Positions 1 to 12,558 of a DNA stretch of 64,000 nt are shown in pieces. A program made the position numbers and the translations under genes. The notes beneath the pieces were generated by a model. That model made no database searches. It was not told where the DNA came from and was given only the letters and a program-made list of their open reading frames with translations. Numbering within the stretch: position 1 is the stretch's first letter; every line of letters starts with the position of its first letter. The stretch is from Octopus vulgaris (taxonomy: Eukaryota), in the NCBI GenBank assembly GCA_951406725.2, contig OX597815.1, forward strand, positions 32,302,001 through 32,366,000, read 5' to 3'.

Positions 1-1021
1 CAAATAGGTAATAAACCTAACAAGTCTTTTATAAGGAATAATGTTTTGCAACAGCAAAAATATAATGTCTAAATAGCCTAAGGTACTGAACTGCTGATCA
101 TATCATAATTAGCAATTCATGTACCCCTGGGCAGGACACATTTTATGACTTGTTTTAGTTGGCCAACTGATAAAGCACACACTTTCTACAACTGACAATT
201 TCAGTTATTAAAACAACTGCACCAACAAAATCAACCCACCCATATTAACATAGCAAAATGAATGTAAAATAGCAAAAATATTTGTGAGATTGCATAGATA
301 GAAATAGCTTGAGAGAACTGATAAAGATTTTAAAAATAATTAATTGATAGCATTCTAGAAGTCAATACAAATGGAAGCTGAGAATAGTAGCAGTAATAAT
401 AAATATGATAATAATAATAATAATTGCAGCAGAAATTCTGTGGCTGCAGTCAAAATATTCTCTGGGGGTATTATTTGGCTGTGTTCCATAATCACTAGAA
501 CTTTCCCAAAGTTGCTTCTAGTAATAAGTTATCAAGAATGTATTGATGTAGTATAAGTCTTTAAATAATAAATACAATGGAATCTGAACTGATGGGACTG
601 ATAGATCTTATTTGCATGTGTGTGTGTGTGTGTGTGTGTGTGTTTGTTTGTCTCTGTAGCTAACTGTGAATATATTTCTGTGAGTGTTTGTATATTTTAT
701 ATATTTGACACCTGAAATGTTTTTCCAGCGCCAGTTTTGGTATTAGCGAACATAGGAGTAGCTCACCAGCATTCATTATCCTATCTGTCAATTTTGGGGT
801 GATCAGAAGCAATAAAGCTTTTAACTGTTCCATTACTTCCCAGTTGCCCTTCTTTGATTCCAGGGCTTAGAAAACACAATGTTGTTTTAAAAAAAAACAA
901 TAAACAGATAAATAAAGGAACATATAAATACATGGATAAATGTTGTACAACACATGTACCAATAATAGGATGGTCAATAAGCTCCTAGTAAGTTAAGTTT
1001 GCTATACTCTCTTTCTCTCTT

Positions 1022-1425
1022 TTACTCTCTTTTACTTGTTTCAGTCATTTGACTGTGGCCATGCTGGAGCACCGTCTTTAATCGAGCAACTCGACCCCAG
1101 GACTTATTCTTTTGTAAGCCCAGTACTTATTCTATCGGTCTCTTTTGCCGAACCGCTAATTAACAGGGACATAAACACATCAGCATTGGTTGTCAAGCAA
1201 TGTTAGGGGGACAAACACAGACACACAAACACACACACGCATATATATATATATATACATATATACGACGGGCTTCTTTCAGTTTCCATCTACCAAATCC
1301 ACTCACAAGGATTTGGTCGGCCCGTGACTATAGTAGAAGACACTTGCCCAAGGTGCCACACAGTGGGACTGAACCCGGAACCATGTGGTTAGTAAACAAG
1401 CTACTTACCTCACAGCCACTCCTGT
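1022..1425 (-). mobile_element. tRNA-derived SINE, family A (internal CA/TA microsatellite, 3' tail GACTGAAACAAGTAAAAGAG)
   Basis: Minus strand starts AGGAGTGGCTGTG...GGTTCCGGGTTCAGTCCC (A/B-box-like). Near-identical copies at 7457-7846 and 59213-59640. Confidence 0.85.
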
Positions 1426-1696
1426 GTCTGGTTCAATTCTTTATCAAGCCATTTCACTTTACGTATTAATTGTACTAGAACAATCTGATCAAAATCATAG
1501 ACTAAGAGTATGGGAGTTTCTGCCAAACTTACCAATCCTTGATACACTACAGAAAGATATAAAGATAAGTCAAGGAAGAAATATTTAAGTGCTCACACAA
1601 CTTGCTAGAAATAGCAGCTAAATGTTGACTACACTCAAATATTTGTATGTAGCAAGGAGGCCTGTGTATGCATGCTTCTTCCTCCATAACTCTACC

Positions 1697-1909
1697 CATT
1701 TAGAGTTCCTCTTGCATGTTTTCCCATCAATTACTAGCCCGCTTGAATCAAACAATCATTGCCAGTTATTCGTGTTTCAAAGTCTCAAGAAAAGCCAGAA
1801 AATACTATATACTTTTCTTGAGACTTTGAAACACGAATAACTGGCAATGATTGTTTGATTCCAGTGGGCTAGTAATTGATAGGAAAACATGCAAGGGGAA
1901 CTCTAAGTG
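1697..1909. repeat. long inverted repeat (~98-bp arms, 17-nt spacer)
   Basis: 1697-1794 is the reverse complement of 1812-1909 with a few mismatches. Confidence 0.95.
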
Positions 1910-2248
1910 CTTATTTTCCACTTCAGCTTAACAAATAAAACAATGACTTTTTTTTATCAGAGGAAAAAATGCAGAGTCTATGGCCTTTTGCAGGCCCTTT
2001 GAGTTTAGAGGGAGGAAGGGAAGAAGCTGTTTTCGGTTTGGTGGTTTGATTTGAATTCTCACAATAAATGGACACCCAAGGACCAGTTAAACCTCACAGT
2101 TTCCTCTTAACAATAGGAAAACTTCTCTGTATATCCACTGTCTTCTACTTATGTTATTATAAGGGCAATGAACAAAAAAAAACAGCCAACACAGGAGGGA
2201 CAAGTTACAAATGTTTTATTAGTTTAACACTGAAAAGGAAGAGAAAGA

Positions 2249-2283
2249 TTTTGATGTTTTGGACATTAGTCCTTCATCAGAAC
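2249..2283 (-). ncRNA. decayed minimal hammerhead ribozyme (Penelope type)
   Basis: Minus strand reads CTGATGA-A-GGAC-TAAT-GTCC-AAAA-CA-TC. Two CG->CA changes from ...CGAAACGTC would explain it. Confidence 0.6.
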
Positions 2284-2414
2284 AAAAGGATTAGGGACAA
2301 GGTAGGAATGCTCTCCCGTGGGATATAGTAAGGAAATCTTTATAGTAACCTGCTGCATTATTACATTCTTCACTAGAGCCCACATTTTGCTCGCTCTCTC
2401 TCTCTGTCTCTCTC

Positions 2415-2465
<51 letters not shown>

Positions 2466-2960
2466 AACTATCTCTACCTCTCTCTCACTCAATCTCTTGT
2501 TAAGATATGGAAATTTGTATAACTCCATATGCCATTGGCAAACATGAGTGCTATTGTTTCCAAAAAAGATCTTCTTTAGAGAGAGAGAAAAATTACTTCC
2601 CAAGGTTTTTCAGATTCTGGTTTTATTTTTTGCTGTATTTGTTCCAATAACAAGGAAGGTGAGGCAACCCTATAATTGCTTTTGTAACACTCTAGGCTGT
2701 GAAGTTTAGATAACTGGCATGAAGTTTACATGAAGTCAGTCCTCCGTTATCTCATATGACTTCTTTAAGCTATTGTATTCCATCTCTGACAGAATGGTTT
2801 TTAAAGAAATACAAATTAAATGTGATTCTTGATAAATTTTGGTATATACACACAATCACACTAACGCAAATATCCACATATATGTTTACACACACTTCTC
2901 TCTCTTATATGTATCTATCAATCAATCTAGCTATCTATCTGTGTGTGTGCATGCATATGA

Positions 2961-3039
<79 letters not shown>

Positions 3040-3073
3040 TCTCTCTCTCTCCATATATATATATATATATATT

Positions 3074-3444
3074 ATTATCATCATCATCGTTTAACGTCTG
3101 CTTTCCATGCTAGCATGGATTGGACGATTTTGACTGGGGGCTGACGAAGCAGATGGCTGCACCAGGCTCCAATCTTGATCAGCTGGATGCCCTTCCTAAC
3201 ACCAACCACTCCGAGAGTGTAGTGGGTGCTTTTTACGTGCCACTGGCATGGGGGCCAGTCAGGCGGTACTGGCAATGACCTTGCTCGAATATTTTTACAC
3301 ATGCCACCGGTACAGGTGCCAGTAAGGAAATGCTAGTAATGATCACGCTCAAATGGTGCCCTTTTACGTGCCACCGGCAGGGAAGCCAGTTAGCCCGCTC
3401 TGGCAACGATCACGCTCGGATGGTGCTCTTGGCACCCTACTAGC
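3074..3444 (-). mobile_element. RTE LINE 3' end / 3'UTR fragment with (GAT)n tail; one of >25 such fragments in the window
   Basis: Motifs CATCATCGTTTAACGTC..CCATGCTAGCATGG and CTGGATGCCCTTCCTAAC recur. The same sequence is contiguous with the RTE ORF C-terminus at 10216-11030 and 46521-48872. Confidence 0.85.
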
Positions 3445-3538
<94 letters not shown>

Positions 3539-3550
3539 CACACATACATT

Positions 3551-4426
3551 CAGGGTGCGATGGGTAAATTGTTGCTATTTTATATATTTTATTTCACACA
3601 TGCACAATCTTTGTTTTTAATTTTGTCAACTACACAGTATAATAGGGTCAGTTGAGCAGTGTCTGTGAGAAAGACAATTCACTCAGCCAGAAATTTGAGA
3701 ACAACATTCTGTACTGCCTGGTATTTGTGCCGGAAGCTCCAGTACAAACATTTCAGAGTGTTACGGTATCAATCTGAGGACAGTGCAATCTGAGGACATG
3801 TACTAAGAGTGATAAAAATCAAACATCCAGTCAACATCATGGTGTTTGGAATGATCACTAGTGATGGCAATGTTATGCCTCTATTCATCTTCCCACACAG
3901 GCTCAAACTCAGCACGGAGGCCTACATCAAGTGCTTGGAGGAGGTAGTGCTGCTCTGGGTCAAGAGGGTGGCTGCTGGAAGACCCTCTGTCTGGCAACAG
4001 GACTCTGCACCCTGCCACACAGGCAGGAGAACCCAGTCATGGCAGTCAGACAATTTTTGTGATCACACCACCCTTAACATCTGGCCATTTAACTCCCCAG
4101 ACTGCAATCTCCTTGCTTATTATGTGTGGGGTGCAGTTGAGCGAGAGACCAACAAAACTCCATGTAACACCCAAGATGAACTGAAGGCAAAGATTATGGC
4201 AGTATTCACCAACCTAAGCAAAGAGACTGTCCAGAAGATTTGCAGGAGATTCTGAAGTCGTCTGGAGGCTGTGGTTGAAAAGCCAATGGTGATTTTATTG
4301 AATAAATTTACCCTTTAGTATTTCAAGATATTTTTATGTAATTTTGGTAAATATATATTAAAATGAGATGTCAGTGTTATTTTCGTTTTTGCATAATTTA
4401 GACAACAGTTTATTCACTGCACCCTG
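3551..4426 (+). mobile_element. Tc1/mariner DD37D (maT-like) transposon relic, internally deleted
   Basis: Imperfect TIRs CAGGGTGCGATGGGTAAATTGTTG / CAACAGTTTATTCACTGCACCCTG. ORF 3809-4255 has WQQDSAPCH...NSPDCNLLAYYVW, with 37 residues between the second D and the third catalytic position (now A). Confidence 0.85.
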
Positions 4427-5564
4427 TGTATGTTTATATATATATATACACACACACACATGCACACATACATATGCACACATACACACATACATATGTA
4501 TATACACACACAAATACACATGTATATGCACAGCATGCACATACATACACACACACACATTGATATTGATAGATATAACCGATAATTGTGTCTACATTAG
4601 TCTCACTTCTACCAAAGCTGTTGAATTAACCAAAATATAGACTATAAACCCTGTGGTTGGATGCTATCTTCTAAACCAAATTATAGATTATTAGAGTTGT
4701 TATGTAAACCAAAATATTGATTGTTATAGCAGCAGCCACTCAAAGCATATGTAATTTGAAATTCAATTTATAAAAATAAATATTGAAGTAGACTGAAGTG
4801 TATGTCCCTCTGGACTTGTTTGTTACATATCATCTCTACCCGTCTCCCACCTGATAGATCTATCTTTAGTTGTTTTTATTACACAGTTCTTTCTCTCCAG
4901 AGACGCAGTCCTCTGGAAAGAATTCTCTTCCCACTCATGAATTTTTGTGTAGATGCCCACAAACAACTGATGGAATTGAGCGTGAACCATATCACCAGTT
5001 TTGGAAAGTAGGCAATGTTGATGACCATCAATGGCAATGATCATCTTCCTAGATAAACCATATCATCATCATTGCAATCATCATCATCTTTGTCATCATC
5101 ATCATCACCATCATAATCTTCATCATCAGTTTAACATCCATTTTTCCATGCTCATATGAGTGGAGCTAAAATTTCTGAAATAGGTTTTTCTATTGTCAGA
5201 TACCCTTCTTGTGACCAACCCTTACCAATAAAGTCTTATTTCCCCCATGACCAGACATGGGGAAATGAAGAACACCACATGCATGATAGCAACATTCATT
5301 TACAGCCATCATGCAATGGAGGGCAAGGAGACAACACACATGTGCACGCCTACACATATGCACATACATATACATGTATATATATACATATATATGTATC
5401 TCAGATATTTGTATGTAGCAAGGAGGCCTGTGTATGCATGCTTCTTCCTCCATAACTCTACCCATTTAGAGTTCCCCTTGCATGTTTTATCCCCATGGAT
5501 ATATGTATGCATGTATGTATGTATGTATATCAAATAAAATCAAAAACAGAACACAAAGGATATT

Positions 5565-5655
5565 GCGGTACATGTGTTTCAAGCTTTATAAACAACCTGT
5601 TCTTACATCAGTGTATAATTGATATAAAAGATGGTTTAAAGCTCTCTTCAGCCGC
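5565..5655 (-). ncRNA. type-I hammerhead ribozyme with long stem II
   Basis: Minus strand reads GCGG-CTGAAGA-GAGCTTTA...TAAAGCTT-GAAA-CACATG-TA|CCGC. Stems I, II, III and the core are all present. Confidence 0.8.
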
Positions 5656-5827
5656 ATACATTGTTATTCCAAAGAGTTACATCACACTATAAAAAATATG
5701 AAAAGTACATGTAGTATTACCCATTATAATAGGTATATCATATCTCCATGAGAAAGTGTATTTGTAAAATTTCGTAACTGTATAACTGTATAAAGGTTCA
5801 TTGTATGTATGTATGTATAAGTGCCAA

Positions 5828-6202
5828 TCAATTAAAGGGGGATGGAACTTGTAGAAGAGGAAGAGGGAGATCTAGGAAGACATGGGATGAAGAATTAAAG
5901 GCCAATCTCAAAATGCTGAGCTTTACAAAAGAGATGACAAAGGACTGCGATATATGGCACATTGCTGTACTCAAGAATACCTGTCCTCTACAACATGCCC
6001 CATAAAAAGCACTGATGCTGGTATCATGTGAAAAGCACCCTGTACACTCTATAAAGTGGTTGACATTAGGAAGGACATCCAGTTGAAGGAACCAGGCCAA
6101 AACAGACAATGGAACCTGATGTAGCCCCCTGGCCTTCCAGCTTTTGTCAAACTGTCCAATCCATACCAGCATGGAAAATGGGTGCTTGATGATGATGATG
6201 AT
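5828..6202 (+). mobile_element. RTE LINE 3' fragment (ORF C-terminus plus 3'UTR)
   Basis: GRGRSRKTWDEELKANLKMLSFTKEMTKDCDIWHIAV, then the 3'UTR motif and (GAT)n tail. Confidence 0.8.
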
Positions 6203-7456
6203 ATTTATATATGACAGATCTCTTTCAGTTTTTATCTGCCAAATCAACCTCACAAACCTTTGGCCAACCTGGGGTTATAGTAGAAAACAATTGCCCAAGA
6301 TCCCATGACTGAACCCAAAACCACATAGTTGGGAAGTAAACTTCCCTAAGAAACTCACTATGGGTTAAAGGTATGGGAAAATCAATGAAAATCAAGCCCT
6401 TCAAATGGTACTTTAAAGTACTTTAAGTACTATTACAAAAGCTTCATTTCCGTATTCTATCATTGTCTTGTCTTGTTTTGTGTCTGTATATTTTTTTGTA
6501 TGTTTCGAACACTAAAGCAAATATCACAGTACCATTTAATTTACAATGTGCACACATTTATTACAGATTTATATCTTGTTTAAAATGTATTGGGTGTGGC
6601 TCATAAGATATACTTTTCAATGACTCTGAGTGTGTGTGTGAGGCACAGGTGTGGCTGTGAGATTAAGAAGGTTGCTTCACAACCACATGGTTTCAGATTC
6701 AGTCACAGAAGGTGGCACCTTAGCTGAGTGTCTTCTACTATAGCCTCGGGTCAACTAAGGCCGTGTGAGTGGATTCAGTAGGTGGAAACTGAAAGAAGCC
6801 CATCATATATATTTATAAACTTATCCACGCTTCCTGATCCTCTGATCATATTGTCTCTTATACTCACCTTCTTGTATCTTGAAAATATATTCTAACACCT
6901 CAGCACCACTGTCTATGTCTTCTTTCCATTTACTCCAACCCACCCTTATATAATGCAGTGTAGCCATGTATCTCCTCTACAGCAAGATGTCTGTACCTAT
7001 CTCTCTATCAAAACTTTAGCTTCTCAACACCAAGCATAAAACCACCTCCTTCGCTAGAAGAACCCTATTTTGTCAAGGAATATCTCTCTTTGTCTTGCAA
7101 GTTACTTGGCAGCCTCACTAGTGCCAGTGCCATGGAGAAAACAACCAGTAAACACTGCAAAGAGGTTGGCATTAGGAAAGGAATTCCTACCAAAGAAACC
7201 ATGCCAAACAGGCATCAGATCTCAATGCATCCTCCAGCTCACTGGATCCGCTCAAATCATCCAATCCATACCAGCACGGAAGACACATGAAATGGTGACG
7301 AATAAGAGTTGATATTCCTATGATTCCTCCTAGATGTGAATGAAATTACTATAGAAGAGTGTTTGTCCAGTAGCGATATAAGAGATATAGTTTCCAATAA
7401 GATAATTCCACAACTCAGTTTTGGAGCCTGGCTGAAACTATTTTACTATAATTATG

Positions 7457-7846
7457 TTACTCATTTACTTGTTTCAGTCATTTGACTGTGGCCATGCTAG
7501 AGCACCGCCTTTAGTCGAAGAAATCAACCCCAGGACTTATTCTTTGTAAGCCTAGTACTTATTCTATCAGTCTCTTTTGCCGAACTGCTAAGTTACGGGG
7601 ACATAAACACACCACCATCGGTTGTCAAACGATGTTGGGGGAACAAACACAGACACACAAACATACACATATATATATATATACGACAGGCTTCTTTCAG
7701 TTTCCATCTACCAAATCCACTCACAAGGCTTTGGTCAGCCCGAGGCTATAGTAGAAGACACTTGCACAAGGTGCCATGAAGTGGGACTGAACCCGGAACC
7801 ATGTGGTTCGTAAGCAAGCTACTTACCACACAGCCACTCCTGCGCC
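7457..7846 (-). mobile_element. tRNA-derived SINE family A, full length
   Basis: Colinear and highly similar to 1022-1425 and 59213-59640. Confidence 0.88.
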
Positions 7847-8327
7847 TATAATTGTTAATTATAGGCATAGGAGTTGCTAATTATATTAACAAAGTCATGA
7901 ATTTTGCAACTTTTCCTCTCATTCCTGCTCTCTCCTAAAGAGAAATATCAAAAACTCTTACTCCACATCTAATTCTCCAGCTCCACCAGTAAACAACTCA
8001 TCTGTTTCCAGCGAGAACAGAAGGAAGAACAGATGTCTAACATTTCACTTCTGCCTGAAACATTAGACTTCAGTTCTTCCTCCAAAGCAAAATAATCTAT
8101 TCCACTTGGCCACCACAGACCATCATTAGTTTTCTCAAATTTTACTGTTTTATTTCATTATTGTGAGCTTCAGCATAGTCGATAGTTCCTGAAATGCTTT
8201 GTCGTGATCATGTTACATGTAAATGAAGTCGAGAAATCCAACAACGGAATGGATACAGGACAGTATTCGTAGATATGTCTGATATCTATGACTAAGTTTG
8301 TATGAGTGTATCTGAGTCTATGTCAGT

Positions 8328-8334
8328 CGACAGT

Positions 8335-8374
<40 letters not shown>

Positions 8375-8426
8375 GGCCCCTGCACAAGGATGACATGCAA
8401 ATTCGTGAAGCGTTCCATATTTTTTT
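8328..8426 (+). pseudogene. U6 snRNA retro-pseudogene (5'-truncated)
   Basis: ACATATACTAAAATTGGAACGATACAGAGAAGATTAGCATGGCCCCTGCACAAGGATGACATGCAAATTCGTGAAGCGTTCCATATTTTTTT matches U6. The 5' stem-loop is missing and there are CpG-type substitutions. It is flanked by direct repeats TATGTCAGT (8319-8327, 8437-8445). Confidence 0.92.
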
Positions 8427-8674
8427 AGTAAAGAAATATGTCAGTGTTACTGTGTTATTGTGTATTTGAAAGGTTTTGACACTATACATATGTAACAATG
8501 TTACTCTGTGTGGGGGAGGCATGTGTGCATGTATGTGTATGAAAAAAGAGAGCATTTATGTATGTGGCAATACATAAACATACTCCTCTCTCTCTCTCTC
8601 TCTCTCTCTCTCCCACTATTTTTAATAATTACAATTGCTTTGTTGTGGCTCTCATGATATTTCCATCCTTACAG

Positions 8675-8796
8675 GTCTCCACAGCAAGAAAGGTTCAATA
8701 ACAAGTGTGCCAATTTGATAGCCAAGGGATACCCAAGTCTTAAGTCAATCAGTATAGGAGGATGTGGTATTGACAACCAAGGACTCTTATTAATTG
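8675..8796 (+). CDS. FBXO41: FBXO41-like F-box/LRR protein, internal exon (SPQQERFNNKCANLIAKGYPSLKSISIGGCGIDNQGLLLI)
   Basis: ccttacag acceptor and gtaaaa donor. Resembles the recalled FBXO41 segment RFSNRCL..IGRCWPHLRALGVGGAGCG. Phase-1 end joins the next exon. Confidence 0.75.
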
Positions 8797-10215
8797 GTAA
8801 AATTTTCTCTTTAAAGTAGCATCTTCATCATCATCATCATCATCTCCATAAATAACTATGATCAACATAATATCCCATAGTACTGTGGTAACCACTGAAA
8901 CGAATTTTTATTTCTGACTAAAGCCATTGTGTTTTTATCAGGTGACATGTATTTTTATTAGGTGCACACATGGTTGAGTGGTATGAAGCTTGCTTCCCAG
9001 TCACATGGTTCTGAGTTCAGTCCCACTGTGTGGCACTTTGGGCAAATGCCTTCTACTATGTCCTTGGGCTGACCAAAGCCTTGTGAGTAACTGGTACTTA
9101 ATTTATCGGCCCCGAAAGGATGAAAGGTAAAGTCGACCTCGGCGGAATTTGGACACGGAACGTAATGACAGACGATTGCAGCTACGCATTTCGCCCAGCG
9201 TGCTAACGTCATATATATATATATGTATACATATATCTATGCGTGTGTGTCTTTGTATCTGTGTTTTTCCACCTCCTTGTCACTTGACAACTATTGCTGG
9301 TGTGTTTACCTACCAATAACTCAGCCGACTTCTGTGCACTCTCACCTATCGTAGAGAATATGATACTTTTTCATTTGTATTGTTAGTGTTTAGTCCAAGG
9401 TCAACCCTGATAGAAAAATAGACCTTTTTCATCAATAGCCATTTCAACCAGGACCATACCAATTTTCCTTCTAGAATAGCATACTCTGTGGTTTGAGAGA
9501 GACTTGAGAAGCAAATAACATTATATAGCCTTCCTCACTATCTCATGAAACTCTATCTCATTGGTTAGGTGACCAATATTCTAATGACGCAACCAGCTGC
9601 TGTCCTGACCTTTGGAGGTCAACATAGATTATTTCTCCATCTTGTTCCAATATTACCAAGTAATAATCATAGCTAAACAAAAGCCTTGCACAATTTGACA
9701 TGTCAGAATGTCCTTCATCTGAGAAAAATCCAAAATTATTATTTTTTTTTTGTTTTTCTCTCTTTCGTGTAATATTCCCATGCCATATTTTTTTACTTTT
9801 TATTAATGTTTTGTATTACTATCCTCTTTTAAATTCTTATGCTTATGCTTGAAAGCCATTACAGAAAACTGCTACTGTTTAAATAAAGAATGAAGGTTCT
9901 GTGCATATGTCAAATTGCAGCTGCAAGGGATTAGTGGATTATACAAGAATTACATTGCAATTGCTTGCTGCTGCAGCTGATATGCAGATTACAACTGAAT
10001 GGAAACAATTCCATAACAACAACAGCAACAACAATGAATTTAATTTATGCACAAGGCCAACACAGTTGAGGTGAGGGTGGAGTTGTTGATTATGGCAATT
10101 CCAGTATAAGACTGATTATGGCAATTCCAGTATAAGATTTTTTTTAACCTAAAAACATGGAAGACAAAATTGATCTCAACAGGATTTGAACTCAGAACAT
10201 AAGATCCAGAACATA

Positions 10216-11030
10216 TATCATCATCATCATCATCGTTTAACGTCTGTTTTCCATGCTAGCATGGGTTGGTCAGTTCGACTGGGGTCTGGGAAGCCAGGAG
10301 GCTACACCAGGCTCCAATCTGCTCTGGCAGTGTTTCTACAGCTGGATGCCCTTCCTAACACCAACCACTCCATGAGTATAGTGGGTGCTTTTTACGTGCC
10401 ACCGGCACAGGAGCCAGGGCAAGCTGGAAATGGCCATGATTGGTTGTTGCTTTTTACATGCCACCGGAACGGAAGCCAGTCAAGGCAGCACTGGCATCGG
10501 CCATGTTCGGACGATGCTTTTTACGTGCCACCAGCATGGGTATCACAACTACAATTTCCATTTGATTTTTACTTTGATGTTGATGTACTTGACTCAATAG
10601 GTCTCCTCAAGCACAGTAGGTTACCCTATGATCCAAGGCAAGCACAGCAAGCTGTCCTGTGATACAAGGCTCTTTGGATGGGCTGGGGCTGCTATGTGAA
10701 GCTGGTGCAGGAAACGGCCATGAACTCACATTGTTTGTCAGGTCTTCACAGTCACAGCATATCTCCAGAGGTCTCGGTCTTTTGTCATAGCCTCTGTGAG
10801 GCCCAACGTTCGAATGTCATGCTTGACCACCTCATCCCATGTTTTCTTGGGTCTACCTCTACCCTCTATTCCTTCAACTGTTTGGGAGTGGCACTTCTTC
10901 ACACGTCTCTCCTCATCCATCCGTAGTACATGACCATACCAGTGCAAACGTTCCTCTTGCACACCACATCTGATGCTTCTTATGTCCAGCATTTCTCTCA
11001 GGGTGCTTACACTCTGTCGTGTGTGCACAT
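10216..11030 (-). mobile_element. RTE LINE 3' fragment
   Basis: ORF 10738-11118 RLHWYGHVLRMDEERRVKK...RGRPKKTWDEVVKHD is an RTE C-terminus, followed by 3'UTR and (GAT)n. Confidence 0.9.
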
Positions 11031-11112
<82 letters not shown>

Positions 11113-11150
11113 ATACATTCCTAAATATCTCAGAGAGATTTATGCAGTAG

Positions 11151-11181
<31 letters not shown>

Positions 11182-11974
11182 TGATTCCTCATCATCATAA
11201 TTTAACGTCTGCCTTCCATGGGTGGGATGATTTGACAGGAGCCAGTCAGGCAGAAGCCTGCACCAGACTTCCGTGACTGTTTTGGCAGGATGCTCTTCGT
11301 AACACCAACCACCCAGCAGAGTGGACTTAGTGCTTTTTATGTGGCACAAGCACAGGCAAGGTCAGTTTTGGTAAGGTTTTTACAGTTGGATGCCCTTCCA
11401 AATGCCAACCACTTTACAGTGTGGACTGGATGCTTTCTAAGGATGCTCTAAGTGGCACCAGCACTGACTGAGTCACCAAGTAACCTGAAAGACAAAAGTA
11501 CTTTTGAGAGGGGTATTGGAGGAAGGGATCTTGTGTCAGATGATCAAAAGTTATAGTGAGACAGAGAAATGTAAAGGGCACCTTTCGAGTTTTAGGCTAC
11601 ACAGAGGTGAAGTGGCTGTGTTCCTTTTGAGTGGTGGGCCTCACAGAAGCAATGACCAAGAACTTTGACATTATGCTGCACTTGAGAAGAAGACCTATCA
11701 AACCAAGCAAAATCACAATCATGGCAGATACTGGTGTCACACAAATGGTGCCAGTGGCATGTAAAAGCACCCATTACACTCTCAGAGTGGTTGGTGTTAG
11801 GAAGGGCATCCAGCCATAGAAAACCATGCCAAATCAGACTGGAGTCTTGTACAGCCTTCCAGCTTGCCAACTCTGGTCAAACCATCCAACCCGTGGAGAA
11901 TGGATGTTAAATGATGATGATGATCAGCAGCCACTACACACATTTTTTTTCTCTCCTTGTTTCTTTCTGTGTCC

Positions 11975-12010
11975 CTTTCTGTGGAAGGGCATAGACTCGA
12001 AACGTAAAAG
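11975..12010 (+). ncRNA. variant or decayed minimal hammerhead in a Penelope-like 3' end abutting (TA)n
   Basis: CTTT-CTGTGGA-A-GGGC-ATAG-ACTC-GAAA-CG-TA|AAAG. Stem I is intact, the core has A6->U, and stem II has a mismatch. Confidence 0.55.
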
Positions 12011-12094
12011 ACTTTTTCATTTCCTGAGCGTTATACATCTGTTTGTTTTCTACACCACCTGTCTTCGTCTTTTGTTTTTTTCACAAATTCTCCC

Positions 12095-12125
<31 letters not shown>

Positions 12126-12396
12126 CCAGCTGAAATTCAACTCTCCACTGTAAGCAGCAAGGACTTTGCATAATTGTTTTCTGTAAGCCTAGGGTGATAG
12201 ACTAAGATCTTACAAGAGAATATATTTGAAAACCACTACTGTGTATTTTTCTTTGAATCAATCCTTGAAGAGAGCCTTTAGATATCCCGTAACCATTATA
12301 TCACCTTCTTATAAAAAATTAACCCCTGTGCTTTGTGAAAAGAAATTGTTATTGTTATTGTCATTAAATTATATTTTTTCTCTTTTCTTTTTTCAG

Positions 12397-12558
12397 CTCA
12401 ACAATGTCAAGATTTGGAAGAGTTGGAGCTTAATCAGTTTATGGCAGACTTTAATGAAAGTTCTGCTAAAAAATTATGCAAACGTGGATTGCATAACTTA
12501 GAAAGCTTAAAATTCACACATACCCCAGTTCAAAGTGAAACCATTCAAGTTTTTATGA
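12397..12558 (+). CDS. FBXO41: FBXO41-like exon (AQQCQDLEELELNQF...KLCKRGLHNLESLKFTHTPVQSETIQVFM)
   Basis: Strong polypyrimidine + cag acceptor, gtatgt donor, phase 1/1. LRR-like, resembling FBXO41 CREGLKGLEMLVLTATPVT. Confidence 0.8.

Noticed and set aside
371-556. 61-aa ORF as a possible LRR exon
   Set aside because: AAT-repeat start, no convincing splice sites or similarity.
4888-5007. Open frame with possible splice sites as an upstream FBXO41-like exon
   Set aside because: No resemblance to the expected upstream segment, and the end phase does not fit exon 8675. The preceding exon was not found in the window.
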